A stretch of DNA of 64,000 nucleotides, from positions 1 through 64,000 of the forward strand of contig CAVYIM010000007.1 in NCBI GenBank assembly GCA_963768655.1, given 5' to 3'. The position numbers and the translations under genes are program-made. Source of the DNA: an uncultured Chloroflexia bacterium (GTDB taxonomy: Bacteria > Chloroflexota > Limnocylindria > Limnocylindrales > CSP1-4). Numbering within the stretch: the first letter of the stretch is position 1; every line of letters begins with the position of its first letter. Positions 62,874 through 64,000 of this stretch are shown in pieces. The notes under the pieces are model-generated. The model was not told the origin of the DNA and did not search any database. It saw nothing but the letters and a program-made list of their open reading frames with translations.

Positions 62874-62964
62874 TCTTGGCGGACCCCGTCGCTATTCAGC
62901 CAGAGCGGCCATCGAAGCTACTGCCGAGTGCCAGAGTGCGAGCCCTGCCCAACTTCCGGCTGGT

Positions 62965-63406
62965 GACTGGCCGATCGCGCCTGGCGCAGCTCACGAGCAG
63001 GACGCTGGCGCCAAGTCGGATCGCCAAGCAAGGCGGATGGGCGAAGTTCGAGTTCACCGCGAGCGTCGACGCCATCTGCAATGTGAGCTACGTCCTATCG
63101 GATCGAAGCGCTGGCAGCGGGACCCAGGTGGATGCGAGCGCCGGCAAGGTGACCGAGGACGACATGTACATCTCTCCCAGCGTCGCTCCCGGCCACGGTG
63201 AGTTCACCCTGACGTGCACCGATATGGACGGTAACTCCAAGATGGCGACCGGAACGTTCGAGGTACTGTCCGCGTCGGCGACACCGACGCCTTCGGCAGC
63301 TCCGACAGCCCCTCCGACCGAGGCTCCGACGGAAGCGCCGACTGCGAAACCGACGGCCCGTCCGACCGAGGCTCCGCCTGCTGCTCAGACGCCGACTCCG
63401 TCCTGA
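62965..63406 (+). CDS. fragment of a secreted-type protein with Pro/Thr/Ala-rich tail
   Basis: Beta-rich segment with two Cys, then APTEAPT repeats; no clear start. Confidence 0.4.
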
Positions 63407-63502
63407 ACACGACCGAGAAGACGGGACCAGAGACTGGGCTAGGGCTCGCCGAGATCGATGGAGTCATCGTCTCGGCGGAGTGCCGCTCGTCTTGTCTAGC
63501 GG

Positions 63503-64000
63503 TCAGCCGGCAGTCGGCACTCCGATCCAGAAGCGTGAGCCGTCATCGGTGGCGAGAAGCCCTGTAGGGCCCAGAGCCACATAGGGGTTATCCCACCACG
63601 GCAGGTCGCCGATCTGCTTGAGGGTGACCAGCTTGAGCTTGTCATCCTGGGCAATCAGGGTCAGCGAAGAGTTATCTGATGCTGCCCAGCCCCACCCAAG
63701 TCCGCAGCTTCGGCCAGCCAATATGGGCTGTAAGAACAGCTGCGGGAATCCCTTGACGAGATTCCAGGTCTTCCCATCGGTGGAGACCCAGGAAGCCAGG
63801 AAGCCCGACCCTGTATCGGGGGACCACTCCTGCGCCACTAGCATGTGGTCGTCTATCCGATAGACGTTCATGCTGATGGTTGACGGACCGGCCCTGGTTC
63901 CGCTCAAGTCCTCGGGGCTCCAGGTCGTGCCGTCGGGAGACCACCACAGTGCGACCTGATAGATGGACGTGTCCGGCTCTACGACGCCACAGCCGAGAAA
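63503..64000 (-). CDS. hypothetical protein with Asp-box (BNR-like) repeats, partial
   Basis: WWSPDGTTW and WVSTDGKTW; continues beyond the window. Confidence 0.6.
   Translation of the reverse strand, partial: FLGCGVVEPDTSIYQVALWWSPDGTTWSPEDLSGTRAGPSTISMNVYRIDDHMLVAQEWSPDTGSGFLASWVSTDGKTWNLVKGFPQLFLQPILAGRSCGLGWGWAASDNSSLTLIAQDDKLKLVTLKQIGDLPWWDNPYVALGPTGLLATDDGSRFWIGVPTAG

Larger units (their letters stand above)
35540..64000. mobile_element. serine-integrase element in comM; right boundary not found
   Basis: Integrase at the junction, TerS-like gene, tyrosine recombinase, heterogeneous cargo, IS256 remnant; extent beyond about 60 kb uncertain. Confidence 0.65.

Overview
GC-rich bacterial DNA in three parts. 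(1) 1-~2458: a short, frameshift-rich segment (LOG-family protein, alpha/beta hydrolase, 3' part of thiL) that breaks off inside thiL and looks like a different contig or organism. (2) ~2460-35540: ordinary chromosomal backbone, probably Chloroflexota (inferred from gene content). It carries murI, a YchF-like ATPase, an MrfAB-type helicase/exonuclease pair with an SOS-like box, tRNA-Met, ftsH, a DnaB-like ATPase, thpR, a TrpB2-like enzyme, prephenate dehydrogenase, an ECF sigma/NfeD/SPFH cluster, two CpaE-like regulators and comM. (3) ~35540 onward: a mobile element integrated in comM at the NPCPC codons; no 3' half of comM was recognised in the window. Its left arm has a large serine recombinase that reads through the att junction, a small coupled ORF, a probable regulator, a terminase-small-subunit-like gene and a tyrosine recombinase. 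Cargo includes a PD-(D/E)XK-like gene coupled to a helical-domain/glycerol kinase fusion, an SGNH lipoprotein, a ~2600-aa RHS toxin with a membrane immunity candidate and an IS256 remnant. Top leads: the same promoter architecture (three cagATAAG-like repeats at 11-bp period, N10, TAnCGT) in front of both comM and the element's recombination operon; the nuclease-like + GlpK-fusion pair; the satellite-like TerS module; an anti-sigma-like/NfeD fusion; and a 6C/cuckoo-like sRNA candidate. All calls come from reading motifs by eye; no searches were run.
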